From Deinococcus sp. (lineage in GTDB: Bacteria; Deinococcota; Deinococci; Deinococcales; Deinococcaceae), in assembly GCA_965261005.1 (NCBI GenBank), contig OZ253375.1, positions 1,664,001 to 1,728,000 of the forward strand: a stretch of 64,000 nt of DNA, given 5' to 3'. Shown here piece by piece: positions 44,412 to 55,714 of the stretch. Numbering within the stretch: position 1 is the stretch's first letter; each line of letters starts with the position of its first letter. The notes beneath the pieces were generated by a model. That model was given only the letters and a program-made list of their open reading frames with translations. It did no database searches and was not told where the DNA came from. A program made the translations under genes and the position numbers.

Positions 44412-44893
44412 GTCCACGCCTCGCCCGCCTGTCGCCCCACGCCACCCGCTGGGGCGACTTCAATTGTGGAGACGCCCGCATCACCAACAAACTCGCCCGT
44501 GAGGCCCTGCGCGCCGAGGCAGGGCTTCAAGCGCTCTATGGCGTCCTCGGCGACGAGAATGACGTGCTCGCGGCGATGACCTTACGAACGGGCGTGCTTT
44601 CGGCACCGAACAGCGTGCTGTACGAACTGGGACAGGGCGAGTTGGAAGTACCGACGGTACATATCGAAGCGCTGGGCGTACGACTGGGCGCCCAGGGACA
44701 AGGCTACGGCCGCAATTTGGTCGAGCTGGCCCGGGCACTGAGTGGACAGGTCGGCGAGCGGGTGGGCGTGCGCGTCCTTTCGCTGGAGGCAACACCGGAG
44801 AGCCGGGCCTTTTATGTCCACATGGGCTTTCAGTCGGCACAGTCGGCGTGGCCTGACGGTTCCTGGCCCATGTGGTTGCTCCTCACCCGCTGA
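44408..44893 (+). CDS. GNAT acetyltransferase, TacT/AtaT-like putative toxin
   Basis: DFNCG N-terminal motif, PTVHIEALGV..QGQGYG, VGVRVLSLEA..AFY..MGF. Confidence 0.82.
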   Translation: MSPRLARLSPHATRWGDFNCGDARITNKLAREALRAEAGLQALYGVLGDENDVLAAMTLRTGVLSAPNSVLYELGQGELEVPTVHIEALGVRLGAQGQGYGRNLVELARALSGQVGERVGVRVLSLEATPESRAFYVHMGFQSAQSAWPDGSWPMWLLLTR

Positions 44894-44900
44894 GGACTTC

Positions 44901-45440
44901 TCAAGGAACGGCTGCTTGTTCCCTCAGCCCCCAATACCGTTCCGCCAAGTCCTGCCACGGCTCCAGCCTGAAGTGGTTGTCGCCCAGCGGGCTGGTCGAG
45001 GGCAAGACCCACAACTCGGTCTCGCCCAGTTTCCTTTCTTGCCGGCCATACGGCAGCTTGCCGGTCGGCACGCCAAGGGCCTCGCTGGCCGCGCGCTTGC
45101 TGGTAAAGGCGAGCAGCTGGGGGCGGTCGCGCAGAATTTTGTCTTCAACCTCCTGCGGCGCAAAGGCCCCCTTCGGCAGCTGCGAGTCAATCCCGCTGTG
45201 CCGCTTGGCCACGTCGGTCAGGCCGATGTTCAGGTCGAGCAGCTTCGGGTACTCTCTCGGCGCGAACTGCCGGGGCGTCAGACCAACTTGGTATAGCAGC
45301 GGCCAGAATTTGTTCTTGGGGTGGGCGTAGTAAGCCCGCGCCCGCGCCGAGGCCAAGCTGGGCGCGGTGCCGCACAGCACCAGGGTCAGGCCGGGACGCA
45401 GCAGGTCGGGGACGAGGTAGTCGGCGGCGGGGTCGTTCAT
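44901..45440 (-). CDS. mug: G/U mismatch-specific DNA glycosylase
   Basis: LCGTAPS..YYAHPKNKFW, IGLTD, WVLPSTS. Confidence 0.9.
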   Translation of the reverse strand: MNDPAADYLVPDLLRPGLTLVLCGTAPSLASARARAYYAHPKNKFWPLLYQVGLTPRQFAPREYPKLLDLNIGLTDVAKRHSGIDSQLPKGAFAPQEVEDKILRDRPQLLAFTSKRAASEALGVPTGKLPYGRQERKLGETELWVLPSTSPLGDNHFRLEPWQDLAERYWGLREQAAVP

Positions 45441-45529
45441 GCTGAGGACCAAGCCTACACTGTCCGGGAAGCCCGCTGTATGGTCTGTACCGTGCGCCTT
45501 ATCTTTTCTCTATCAGGCCAGGCCCGCCC

Positions 45530-47005
45530 GTGAGCGCCGCCGGCAAGACGGACGCCCTCAAGCTGCTCAACGTCGGCCTCGACATGAATCCCCTTACCGA
45601 CGAGGCCCGCGCCTTTTTCGGGCGCTTTCCGGTGGGGGGCGTGTGCCTGTTTCGCGGCAGCCTGGACACCCTTGAGGGCGTGATGGACCTGCTGCGCGAG
45701 CTGCGTTCCCTGCTGGGGCCGGGAGCGCTCATCAGCGTTGACCAGGAGGGTGGGTCGGTGGTGCGCCTGCCGCAGCTGCCAGTGTCGCCGGGGGCACTGG
45801 CTCTCGGCGTGGGCGACAATCCGGCACGTACCTACCGGGTGGCACTTTCTCAAGCGCGCGGCCTGGCCGCCCTCGGCTTCAACGTCAACTACGCCCCGGT
45901 GCTGGACGTGAACATCAATCCGGACAACCCCGTGATCGGCGAGCGGGCCTTTGGGGCGTCGCCAGAGCGGGTCATTCGCCACGCGCTGCCCTTCGCGCGG
46001 GCGCACCGGGGCGCCGGCGTGCTGGCGGTCGGCAAGCATTACCCCGGCCACGGCGACACGGCGGTGGACTCGCACCTGAGCTTGCCGGTGCTGGACCGCA
46101 GTTGGGCGCAGCTGGAGGCGACCGAGCTGCGGCCCTTTCGCGCCGCCATAGAGGACGGCCTGGAGGCGATCATGACCGCGCACATCGCTTTTCCACGCCT
46201 GTCCGGGGAACCCGCCACCCTCAGCTCCGAGCTGCTGGGCCACCTGCGCGGCGCGCTCGGCTTCGACGGCCTGATCTTCACCGACGCCCTGGACATGGGG
46301 GCCATCTTGCAGCGCATGCCGCAGCACGCCTCGGCCGCCCTGTCCCTGGCGGCGGGGGCCGACATCGCCTTGGTGCTGGGCGACCTGAAGTTGCACGCCG
46401 AGACGGCCGCCGCCTTCGACCCCGACCCGGCCGACGTGCGCCGCTCGCTGACCCGCCTGGAGCGGACGCTGGAGCGCTACCCCTTCCGGGAGCCAGACCC
46501 AGGGGCGTTGCGGGCGCTGCTGAACGACCCGGTTGTGGCGGGGGATGTCGAGGACGCGGCCCGTGCGGCGCTGCGCCGGCAGGGCGAGCTGCCTCAAATC
46601 GCGCGGTCCGCCCGGGTCGCCCTGCTGCTTCCCTCCGACGTGCGCAAGGGGGCCGCCACCGACGCGGAGGACGTGGGCGCCCGCCTGACGCCGCCGCTTC
46701 GGGCCGTCTTTCCAAAGCTGCGGGTGCTGCGTGGAAGGGACGCCCTCTCCCCCGACCTCGCGGGGGTGGACGCGGCCATTCTGGTCAGCGCCAGCCGCAC
46801 CGAGCCGCTGGCGAGCGAGCGCGAGATCGCGGAACGGCTGGCCCAACTGCCCCAGGCGCTGCACTTCAACCTGTTCAATCCCCACCTGAGCGCCGACTTT
46901 CCGCTGCCGACCCTGCTGACCTTCGGCTACCGGGACGCCAGCCTGCGCGCGGCGGCAAGCGCGCTCATCGGGAACGCCGCCGTGCCCGCTTGGCAAGAGA
47001 CATGA
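45530..47005 (+). CDS. GH3 beta-N-acetylhexosaminidase (NagZ-like)
   Basis: SVDQEGG.V.R, KHYPGHGDT.VDSH, IMTAH, FTDALDMGA. Confidence 0.92.
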   Translation: MSAAGKTDALKLLNVGLDMNPLTDEARAFFGRFPVGGVCLFRGSLDTLEGVMDLLRELRSLLGPGALISVDQEGGSVVRLPQLPVSPGALALGVGDNPARTYRVALSQARGLAALGFNVNYAPVLDVNINPDNPVIGERAFGASPERVIRHALPFARAHRGAGVLAVGKHYPGHGDTAVDSHLSLPVLDRSWAQLEATELRPFRAAIEDGLEAIMTAHIAFPRLSGEPATLSSELLGHLRGALGFDGLIFTDALDMGAILQRMPQHASAALSLAAGADIALVLGDLKLHAETAAAFDPDPADVRRSLTRLERTLERYPFREPDPGALRALLNDPVVAGDVEDAARAALRRQGELPQIARSARVALLLPSDVRKGAATDAEDVGARLTPPLRAVFPKLRVLRGRDALSPDLAGVDAAILVSASRTEPLASEREIAERLAQLPQALHFNLFNPHLSADFPLPTLLTFGYRDASLRAAASALIGNAAVPAWQET

Positions 47006-47703
47006 ACGCAGGAGACATGAACGCCGCCCCGCCCATCACCATTCGCCGCTCCAGCAAGCGGCGCACCGTCGCCCTGAGCGTCAGCCGGCGGGGGGTGGTG
47101 CTGCACGCCCCCCCCGGCGTGCCCGAACAGGCGCTGCTGGCCTACGCCGGGCAAAAGCGCGGCTGGATCGAGCGGGCGCTGAGGCGCTTCGAGGAGCGCA
47201 AGCCGCCCAGCTACGGGTTGGAGCCGGGCGAGGGGCTGCCCTTCCTCGGCGAGACCCTGACCCTGCGCCTGGGCGAGCAGGTGACGCGGGCGGGGTCTTT
47301 TCTGGAGCTGCCGGATGTTGCCCTCCCCGAGCGGCGCGCCTTGCTGGAGCATTGGTACCGCCGCGAGGCGCTGGCCTTGTTCACGCCGCTGGCCGCCGGA
47401 ATGGCCGCTCAGTTGGGCGTCACGGTGAGGTCCGTGCGCTTGAGCGAGGCCAGCACCCGCTGGGGCAGCTGCGCCGTCCCCGGCGATGTGCGCTTCAATT
47501 GGCGGGTGCTGCTGGGGCCGCGCGCGGGGACCGTCTACCTGTGCGCGCACGAGGTCGCCCACCTGCGCGAGATGAACCACTCGCCGCGCTTCTGGAAGGT
47601 GGTGGAGCGGCTGATGCCGGACTACCGGGAGGCCCGCGCCCAATTGCGCGCCGAGGGCTTTCGTTACACGCTGGGGGATGGGGAAACCCGTACCAAGGGT
47701 TGA
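47002..47703 (+). CDS. YgjP/DUF45 zinc metalloprotease-like protein
   Basis: TRWGSC, AHEVAHLREMNHSPRFW; ATGA overlap with the GH3 gene. Confidence 0.9.
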   Translation: MNAGDMNAAPPITIRRSSKRRTVALSVSRRGVVLHAPPGVPEQALLAYAGQKRGWIERALRRFEERKPPSYGLEPGEGLPFLGETLTLRLGEQVTRAGSFLELPDVALPERRALLEHWYRREALALFTPLAAGMAAQLGVTVRSVRLSEASTRWGSCAVPGDVRFNWRVLLGPRAGTVYLCAHEVAHLREMNHSPRFWKVVERLMPDYREARAQLRAEGFRYTLGDGETRTKG

Positions 47704-47731
47704 ACTGTTGTCATAGCGGCGCCCCCGCAAG

Positions 47732-48613
47732 CTACAGCGTCACGGTGACGACCTCGCCCGCCGCCTGACGCTGCGCCTGAGGCCAGTCGCGGGCGTTCAG
47801 GGTGGTGCCCGCCTCGCGCACCTCCCTCAGCGCGGCGAGGTCGAGGTCGGCGTGGACCCAGCCCGGCGCGTTGAGCGTGCCCACGGCCAGCACCCCGTTT
47901 TCGGAAAAGCCGTGGTCAACCGGGCCGTACAGCCCCGCCGCGCCCACGCTCAGGTCCACGGCCTCGTTCCACGGCGCCTCGCCCACCAGCGGGGCGTGCG
48001 CCACGTAGATCTGGTTCTCCAGGGCGCGCGCCCGGCCGCCCACCTCGACGCGGTGGTAGCCGGTGATGGCCTCGGTGGCGCTGGGCAGCAGCAGCAGGTC
48101 CGCGCCGGCCCCCGCGAGCGCGCGCGCCAACTGCGGAAACTCCGCGTCGTAGCAGACGTTCACGCCGATTCTTCCCCACTCCGTCTCGAACAGCGTGAGG
48201 CCCGTTCCCGCCGACACGCCCCAGCGCTCGGCCTCGAAGCGGGTCATGACCAGCTTGTCCTGAACGCCGTGATTCCCGTCGGGGCCGAAGAAAAAGGCGC
48301 GGTTGAGGTACTTGTCCCCCACCGCCACCGGAAAGCTGCCGGCCAACATGCACACCCCGCGCGCCACCGCCAAGCTGCGGTGCAGCTCCAGGTAGGCGGG
48401 CAGCAGGGGTTGCAGGGCCGGCAGCTGCCGGGTCACGTCCCTTTGCACCTCCCCCGGCAGCAGGCTGGCGAGTTCCAAGCTGGCGTACTCGGGAAACACC
48501 AGCACGCGGGCGCCCAGGTCCGCCGCCCCGTTCACCCACGAGGAAAGCTTGCGCGCGTAGGCGTCCCAACTCTCGTGGAAGTCAATGGGGTACTGCGCGA
48601 GGGCGAGGTTCAC
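47732..48613 (-). CDS. Carbon-nitrogen hydrolase (nitrilase family)
   Basis: [24 protein letters not shown] (E-K-C triad). Confidence 0.92.
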   Translation of the reverse strand: MNLALAQYPIDFHESWDAYARKLSSWVNGAADLGARVLVFPEYASLELASLLPGEVQRDVTRQLPALQPLLPAYLELHRSLAVARGVCMLAGSFPVAVGDKYLNRAFFFGPDGNHGVQDKLVMTRFEAERWGVSAGTGLTLFETEWGRIGVNVCYDAEFPQLARALAGAGADLLLLPSATEAITGYHRVEVGGRARALENQIYVAHAPLVGEAPWNEAVDLSVGAAGLYGPVDHGFSENGVLAVGTLNAPGWVHADLDLAALREVREAGTTLNARDWPQAQRQAAGEVVTVTL

Positions 48614-49989
48614 CCGTGTTCGCCCGCGCCCTTGCCGCTCATGGCCTCCCGCACCTCGGCGACCAGCAGGGTGCAGGCCTCGGCGCAGGGAAAGGCGCCG
48701 GGGACGCCGTCGAAAAAGGTGCGCTCCAAGCGCTCGCCGGCCCACACGCGGGTCTTGAGGCAGCCGCCGCACACTTGGCGCGAGGTGGCGGCCACCAGCT
48801 CTGGAGGCGCCGAGGCGACCTTGGCATAGATGCCAGTTTGGCGCCGGGCGGTGGTGGCCCAGGGCGTCGAGCGCAGCGCGTGGTTCGAGCAGGCGTAGGC
48901 CTCCTCCACCATGGCCGGGTACAGGTAGCCCACGGCGCGCGGCAAGTCGGCGCGGTCGAAGACGCCACGCCACCCTCTGGGCAAGTTGCGCAGGGTGTGG
49001 ACCGGGCGGTACTCGCCGCGCTCGTCGAGCCGCACCTGGTCGCGCAGACTTTCGGGCGTCACAAAGGTCTCCAGCCCCTCGCGTCCCTCGTCGAGGGCGT
49101 GCCTCAGCTCAAAGAGGCCGGCGCGCGGGGTCAGCAGCACCTCGCCGAAGCGCAGGCCGGCGTCCGCGAGGTTCAAAAAGGCGTCCCAGGCCCGCTGATG
49201 AAGCGCGTCCGGCTCGCCGTCCTCGCCCGCGCCGCTGGCGTCCTCGGCCAGCTGCACGATCACCTCGGCCACCTTGGGATGGGTGCCGGTGGGCTTCGCG
49301 TAGTACACCGTGCGCCCCCCGATCTCGCTGACGGGACCGGAAAGGCCGAGGTCCTCGGGAATGGTCTCCAGGGTGTGCCAACCTTCCGAGGCGAAAAAGG
49401 GCACCATCACCACCCGCGACGCCCGCACGAGGTCCGGCCAAAGCGTCACGCGCGGGTCCTCGTCCAGAAAGAGAGCGTGGACTTCCGCGAAGATGCCGAG
49501 GTCGCGCAGCCGTTCGGCGTTTTGGTAGACCACCCGGCTGGAGTTGGCGTTGCGGGTGGTGCCGTGCCCGATCAGGATCAGGGCGGTGTCCTCGCCGCCG
49601 AGGTCCGGGCAAGCCTCGCGGGCGCGCTCCAAAATCACCTCGCTCATGGCCGGGTGAACGCCGTAGGGCAGGGTGTAGCGCACGGTGCGCCCGCCGATCA
49701 CGCGCGCCACGCCGTGCTCGGGAACCGGCCCTTGGTGCCCCAAACCCAGTTCGCGCGGAATGACCGTCTCGGTGAAGTACCCCTCCGAGATGAACATGGG
49801 AATCACCGTCACGTCGGTGGAGCGCACCGTGCGCAGCACTTGGCGCAAGCTCGGCTCCTCCTTCCAGTAACCCTCGACCACCTCGTCGAAGACGCCGCGC
49901 GCCCGGATCAGCTCCGCGTAGCGGTACACCGCCGAGGCCGACTCGGGATTCAGGTGGGAGCCGTGGCCGACCAAGACGAGGGAGCGCAT
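48610..49989 (-). CDS. CbiX-like chelatase fused to a DR2241-type C-terminal domain
   Basis: Two GHG motifs, [36 protein letters not shown]. Confidence 0.85.
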   Translation of the reverse strand: MRSLVLVGHGSHLNPESASAVYRYAELIRARGVFDEVVEGYWKEEPSLRQVLRTVRSTDVTVIPMFISEGYFTETVIPRELGLGHQGPVPEHGVARVIGGRTVRYTLPYGVHPAMSEVILERAREACPDLGGEDTALILIGHGTTRNANSSRVVYQNAERLRDLGIFAEVHALFLDEDPRVTLWPDLVRASRVVMVPFFASEGWHTLETIPEDLGLSGPVSEIGGRTVYYAKPTGTHPKVAEVIVQLAEDASGAGEDGEPDALHQRAWDAFLNLADAGLRFGEVLLTPRAGLFELRHALDEGREGLETFVTPESLRDQVRLDERGEYRPVHTLRNLPRGWRGVFDRADLPRAVGYLYPAMVEEAYACSNHALRSTPWATTARRQTGIYAKVASAPPELVAATSRQVCGGCLKTRVWAGERLERTFFDGVPGAFPCAEACTLLVAEVREAMSGKGAGEHG

Positions 49990-50099
49990 GAACTCAGCCT
50001 AGCAACGCCGCGCACATTCACCGTGAGCCGCCGCAAGGTTCGCAGGCGTTTGACCGCCGTTCACCCGGCGCCGCCCTCCCAGCAAACCACTACACTGCC

Positions 50100-51173
50100 G
50101 TGGTGCCACTCGCCTACCTGACGCGCATCGCCGAGACGCCCGCCCCGACCTTTCAGGAGGGGGCGCGCGCCGAGCTGATCGCCCAGCTGTGGCGCGAGTT
50201 GGGCGTGCGCCCGGAGGTGGACGAGGTGGGCAACGTGGTGGCGCGCCTCGGGCCACAGGAGGGCCGGGCGCTGGTACTCGCCTCACACCTCGACACGGTC
50301 TTCTCGGAAGGGACCGACCTGACCGTGCGGGCGGGGCGCGGGCGCTGGAGCGGCCCCGGCCTGGGCGACAACAGCGCCAGCCTCGCGGTGCTGACGGCCC
50401 TGCTGCGCGACCTGGATTCCGGCAGCCTGACCCGGCCGTTGTGGCTGGTCGCTAACGTGGGCGAGGAGGGCCTGGGCGACTTGCGCGGCGCCAAGCACTT
50501 GCTGGCCGAGCATGCGGGCGAGGTGGGCGCCTTTGTGGCGGTGGACGGCTACCTGGGCTTGGCGGTCACGCGGGCGGTCGGGGTGCGGCGGCTGCGCGCC
50601 ACCTTCAGCGGTCCCGGCGGCCACTCCTGGGGCGACCAGGGGCCGAGCGCGCTGCACGCCCTCGGGCTGGCGATCACGGCCCTCTACAGCTTGCCGCTGC
50701 CGAACAGTCCGCGCACCACCCTCAACGTCGGCGAGGCGCGCGGCGGCACCAGCGTCAACTCCATCGCGGCGCAGGCGGGGCTGCTGCTGGACCTGCGCTC
50801 GCTGGACGCCGGCGCGCTGGAGGCGCTGGAGCAGCAGGCCCGCGCGGCTTTGGAAGGTGCGGCGCGCTCGGCGGGCGTCGAGGTGGCTCTGGAGCTGGTC
50901 GGCGACCGCCCCGGCGGCGACCTTCAGGGCGACGCCTTGTTGCGCCTCGCGCGCCGCGCCGCCGAGAGCGTGGGCGCCGAGGTGCGCACCGCCGCCAGCT
51001 CCACCGACGCCAACGCCGCCGTGCCCCACGGCATTCCCGCCCTCGCGCTGGGCGTCTACAAGGGGGGCAACGCCCACCGTGAGGACGAGTGGGTGACCCC
51101 CGACAGCCTGGAAACCGGCCTGACCCTGCTGAGGACGTTCGTGCGGCTCTACCAGCAAAAGCCGCTGGCTTAG
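50100..51173 (+). CDS. M20/M25/M40 family metallohydrolase
   Basis: SHLDTVF, GLGDN, VGEEGLGDLRG, GGHS, STDAN. Confidence 0.9.
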   Translation: MVPLAYLTRIAETPAPTFQEGARAELIAQLWRELGVRPEVDEVGNVVARLGPQEGRALVLASHLDTVFSEGTDLTVRAGRGRWSGPGLGDNSASLAVLTALLRDLDSGSLTRPLWLVANVGEEGLGDLRGAKHLLAEHAGEVGAFVAVDGYLGLAVTRAVGVRRLRATFSGPGGHSWGDQGPSALHALGLAITALYSLPLPNSPRTTLNVGEARGGTSVNSIAAQAGLLLDLRSLDAGALEALEQQARAALEGAARSAGVEVALELVGDRPGGDLQGDALLRLARRAAESVGAEVRTAASSTDANAAVPHGIPALALGVYKGGNAHREDEWVTPDSLETGLTLLRTFVRLYQQKPLA

Positions 51174-53312
51174 AGTTGAGTTGTGGGGCTGGGTTGTGGG
51201 GTTGGGGCGGTCCCCGTTCTCATTTATGCTCACCCGTGGTCTCCGGTCGGGTAGCATGCAGCCAGGAGACCCGGTATGTCCGACTATGACTTCGAGGGAC
51301 CGCAACGCGAACCAAGCCAGCAGCGGGCGTATCTACCCAAGCCAGTTCTGTTCGAGGACCCGCTGCTGACGCGCCTGCGCCAAGAAGCTGTTCAGGACCC
51401 GGCCGCGCACGCCGAGCAGGTGCGGCGCTTCGAGCAGGACCCCGAGGCCGCGCTGTCCGCCCACGCCGCCCAACACGCCAAGCTCCAGGCGGAGCGCCTT
51501 GAGGCCGACCGGCAGCGCCGCCAAGCCTTAAAAGGCGAGCAGCACAGCCAGGCCGAGGCGCAGCGGCAAGCAGCAGAAGCGCGCGAGCGGCGCCAGCACG
51601 CCCAGAACCTGCGCGCCGCCAGCAGGCTGCCCAAGGCCGCGCCTTCCCCCGAGGTGACCGAGCGGGCGGCCGTGGAACGCTTGGGCGCGGACGGGGTGCA
51701 GCAGGGCAGCCGGCTGTCGCACGAGGCCGACAAGCTGCACGAACTCCTGCTGCAAGACGCGCGCTACCTGCCGGAGGCCGTCCGCGCCGAAATGGTCTCC
51801 GAAACGCTGGAGGGGTACGGGCGCCAAGGTCTGCCCGCCGAGACCATCGCGCAGCTGCTGATGGACCGCCTGCCCGAGCCGCAACGCGCGACCTTGCAGT
51901 TCGCGGTGCTGAAGACCAAGGGAGTGCAACAGCGGCGCCAAGTGGCGGCGCAGACGCGGGCGACCCAGCAAGCGCGCGGGAACGCGGCCCACGACGTGCA
52001 GACCATCTACGCCGCCGTGATCGTCTCCGACGTGAACAGGGGAACGATCATTGGCAGTGGATTCCACGACGGGCCGCTGGACCTGCGCGTCGTTGCCTTG
52101 ATCGGCCAGTACGCGGGCCGTGGACAGCTCGACACCCTGAAGCAGACCTACCACGACAAGTACGGACGCGATTTGCGCAACGACGCTTTGGCGCTGTTGC
52201 GCGACCCGATCGCCAAGCGCAACGTCGCCGACATGTTCGGCCTGCCCTTCGGGCATGACCTCGGTTTTCACGCCTTTGTCGAGGCGCTGACCCGCATGAG
52301 CTACGCCAATGCGGACGACCTCTCCGACAGCAAGCTGACAGGCAATACAGGCGACGCCGCCAAGCTGCTGCACGCCTTCGGGTACACAAGCAGCCACACC
52401 GTCTTCGGGCGCTGGGGCTTCCAGATGCGCGTCTTCACCCCTGATCCCAAGGCCAAACTCGCAGAAGGTGTTCACCGGCATACCCAGCCGGTCGTCGCCT
52501 TTCGCGGCACCGAGGGTGTGCAGCCTTGGCCCTTCGGGGAGGCCATCAACCCCAGAGACCCCAGCGTGCAGGAAAGCAACCTCGACACCCAGATCGGCGA
52601 CTTCGGCAAGGCGCCCGCCGGCTACGCCCAGTACCAACCGAACAAGGAGCGCATTGACGCCAACCTGGAGGGGCTGGGCAGCAACCTGATCTTCGCCGGC
52701 CACTCGCTCGGCGGCGCCCTCGCGCAGATCGCGGCGGTGCATCATCCCGCGCTGGTCGGGCAGATCATCACCTTTCAGTCGCCGTCCATCGAAAAGAGTG
52801 ACGCCGAGAAGATCGAACAGTACAACAAGAAGCACCAAGGGCACGAGATCGAGAGCGCCCACTACCGGGCGCTGAACGACGTGGTGCCGACGGCGGGCGA
52901 GGAGCTGACCCCTGGGACGGTGTACAGCTTCGAGCGCTCGAAGTACATCGCCGGCAAGGGCGAGCAGCCCGGCCACGCCCCGAAGAACGACGGGCACGAC
53001 ACCGGGGAGTGGGTGCAGAACGTGCTGGCAAGCCGGGACCTGCTCAGCATGGGCGGCCCCAACCACAACGCCTGTTTGCTGCGGGAACTGCTGGTGAACC
53101 GGAACGCGGGGAAGCTGACGCCCGAACAGCGCTTGGTGGCGCAGCTTGGGGCGCTCGATCAGGACCAGATGGGCAAGGACGGCAAACCGCTGCCGGAAGA
53201 CGTGCGGCCCATGGTGGTGAGCGCCTTGCACAGCGTCTACACGGCCAAGACGGACCCGATTCTGCATGGGGAGGCGGGACGGGCGGCGGTGCTGGCGGGG
53301 GTGTACAAGACG

Positions 53313-54789
53313 GTATTTGATTAGCGAGGTGGTAGGGAGAGAGAGTGTCTTGTAGGGTAAGCGGGATGAGCGGCGAGGCGACCCCCAGCGTGACCGAACT
53401 CCTGGAGTTGGTGCGTACCCTCACCGCTCGCATCGAACGCCTCGAAGCCGAAAATAGACAACTGCACGAAGAAAACGCTCGGCTCAGGAAGCGGATCGAA
53501 GAGTTGGAGCGTCGCCAGAAGAAGCATGTCGCCCCCTTCAGCCGAGGCACCCCCAAGGCGAACCCTCAGCCGAGTGGACGCCGCGCGGGGCAGGGCGCGT
53601 TCACCTTCCGCGCGCCACCTGAGAACGAGGACATCACCCGTGTCGTGGATGTTCTCCTGCCCGCTCAGTGTCGGTGCGGTGGGGCGCTCGACGCGAGCCA
53701 CACCGACCTCGCCACTGTCACGGACCTCCCGGAGCGCCGTCCCCAAGTGACGGCCTACCACCTCGCCGTGGGGCAGTGTCGGCACTGTGGTCGCCGCGTG
53801 CGAGCGACGCACCCGGACGTGCGTGAGGATCAACGAGGGGCCACCGCCCACCGTCTGGGTCCGGAGGTGCTGAGCCTTGCTCACGCGCTGCACTATGATC
53901 TCGGTGTACCGGTTCGGAAAGTTCCTGAGGTGCTGCGCCTCACCAGCGGGCTGAGGGTGACGCAGGGGGCGCTGACGCAAGACGCGTTGCGACAAAGCCA
54001 AGAGGGCAGCGCGCTGTCAGGCGAGTACCGGCAGTTGCGCGATGACGTGCAACGGCAGCCCTTGGTCCATCAGGACGACACGGGCTGGCGGGTGCACGGG
54101 GAACAAGCCTGGCTCCAGGTGTTCCGCACACCGGTCTCGGTGGTGTACCAAATTCGCGCGCGGCACACCCACGCCGAGGTGCAGGAGGTGGTGCCGCAGA
54201 ACTACGCGGGCGTGTTGTGCGTGGACCGCTTTAGCAGCTACGACCACGCCAGCTTCAAAGACGTAGCACAGCAGAAGTGCATTCACCATGTCATCCGCTC
54301 GTGTGAAGCGGCGCTAGAGGACCAGCACGGCAAGCGAGGACGGGGACGGGACTTTGCGCGGAGCTTGCTCGAAGACTTCCGGGCGGCTTTGATGTTGCAC
54401 GCGCGCTTCCAACAGGGAGACTGCACGCTCGACAAGTACCGTCAGCGTGGAGAGGCGCTGCGTTTGAAGATCGAGAAGCGCCTGTTCGCCTCGTGTCGTT
54501 CACGAGAAAACAAACGGCTGGTGCGCGGCATCCGCAAGCATCACCAGCGGGAGAATCTGCTGCGCTTTCTGATGGACCCGAACGTACCGCCGACCAACAA
54601 CGCGGCGGAGCGGGCACTTCGACCGGCGGTGATCGCGCGCAAGGTGTCGCAGTGCAGCAAGTCCTTCGGGGGCAGCGAGGCGTTCGCCATCTTCAAGTCC
54701 ATTACGCAAACGGCCCGCCTCGCTGGACTCGATCCCTTCCAAACCCTGCTTGACCACCGACAGCAACAAAACACCCGCTAATCACATAC
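53313..54789 (+). mobile_element. IS66 family element, copy 2
   Basis: Same ends and length (1477 bp) as copy 1; 8-bp target duplication ACAAGACG at 53305-53312 and 54790-54797. Confidence 0.93.
53366..54781 (+). CDS. IS66 family DDE transposase
   Basis: Translation identical to that of 13406-14821 in the ORF track. Confidence 0.93.
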   Translation: MSGEATPSVTELLELVRTLTARIERLEAENRQLHEENARLRKRIEELERRQKKHVAPFSRGTPKANPQPSGRRAGQGAFTFRAPPENEDITRVVDVLLPAQCRCGGALDASHTDLATVTDLPERRPQVTAYHLAVGQCRHCGRRVRATHPDVREDQRGATAHRLGPEVLSLAHALHYDLGVPVRKVPEVLRLTSGLRVTQGALTQDALRQSQEGSALSGEYRQLRDDVQRQPLVHQDDTGWRVHGEQAWLQVFRTPVSVVYQIRARHTHAEVQEVVPQNYAGVLCVDRFSSYDHASFKDVAQQKCIHHVIRSCEAALEDQHGKRGRGRDFARSLLEDFRAALMLHARFQQGDCTLDKYRQRGEALRLKIEKRLFASCRSRENKRLVRGIRKHHQRENLLRFLMDPNVPPTNNAAERALRPAVIARKVSQCSKSFGGSEAFAIFKSITQTARLAGLDPFQTLLDHRQQQNTR

Positions 54790-55153
54790 ACAAGACGTTC
54801 GGCTTCACCTTCCGGGTCTTCGCCGCCAACCTGCCCTACAACCTCGCGCTCGAACAGCTGGACAAGAAGCTGAAAGAAGCCACGCCCGAAAAGCTGCACG
54901 ACCGTGAAGGGCTACAAAAGGCTTTGGAGAAGTGGACCGCCTTGCTTGACGGCATGCACGAACTCCGGATCGGCGACAGCGCCGACGAGATGGCCCGCAT
55001 GCTTCAGCTCGACGACACCAAGACCTATAGGGCGCTGAAAGCAGTGGGGGAAGTGAAATTAGATGCGATTGACAAAGAAAATCTAGAGCGAACACTTCCA
55101 CAGCTATGGCTGGCTTGGCATCCGAATGGGGAACAGCTCGTCAAGGACCTGAA

Positions 55154-55612
55154 ATGAAACGAGTTGCGCGCTGGCTTGTCGTCGGCCTTGCTGTCTTGAC
55201 AGCCATCGTCTTTGCTCAAACACAACATGGGAAAAGCACCAACATGAATAGTAAGGAAGAAGCACTTCTATTTATCACCGAACTTGTGAAAAGCCCATTA
55301 TCTCTTAAGGCCGTCAAGTGTCCACCACCTGGAAAAGTTAAATCGGATGTAGCTTGTTTTGGAACTCAAATAACTGTAGATGACTTTAGGGAACAAGTCG
55401 ATAAACTAACACCTAGCCAGCTACAGCCTGTCACGGGATGGCGAGATGATTTTGGAGTAATGAGCGCAAAATTTTACCTCAATCAAAATAAAAACTATGA
55501 GGTAGGTCTTATCTACACTCGTAGAGGCTTTGCATGGGATATTTACAGAGAAGAGTACGAACCTCTTAAAGAGGATTTAGGTTTGGTAAGTCTTGTTGTC
55601 GAAGAACATTGA
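55154..55612 (+). CDS. Exported AT-rich protein, putative immunity protein
   Basis: ATGA overlap with the lipase gene; signal peptide MKRVARWLVVGLAVLTAIVFA; two Cys. Confidence 0.72.
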   Translation: MKRVARWLVVGLAVLTAIVFAQTQHGKSTNMNSKEEALLFITELVKSPLSLKAVKCPPPGKVKSDVACFGTQITVDDFREQVDKLTPSQLQPVTGWRDDFGVMSAKFYLNQNKNYEVGLIYTRRGFAWDIYREEYEPLKEDLGLVSLVVEEH

Positions 55613-55714
55613 AGTCACATAATTCAAAAGAGCTAGACATTTAACACCGGGGATGAGTAACCTCGTTTAGGGGTTGAAGAAGGGAAAGTTGTGTGCCAGG
55701 ACGGTGATGGCGAC

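Larger units (their letters stand above)
51276..55157 (+). pseudogene. Class-3 lipase domain effector-like protein split by IS66
   Basis: VVAFRGTE, FAGHSLGGALA, TFQSP, NDVVP. Joining 51276-53312 to 54798-55157 restores a 798-aa frame (VYKT|FGFTFRV). Confidence 0.85.

Noticed and set aside
48610..49989. CbiX-DR2241 fusion as a novelty
   Set aside because: A recognised architecture; nothing unusual in this copy.
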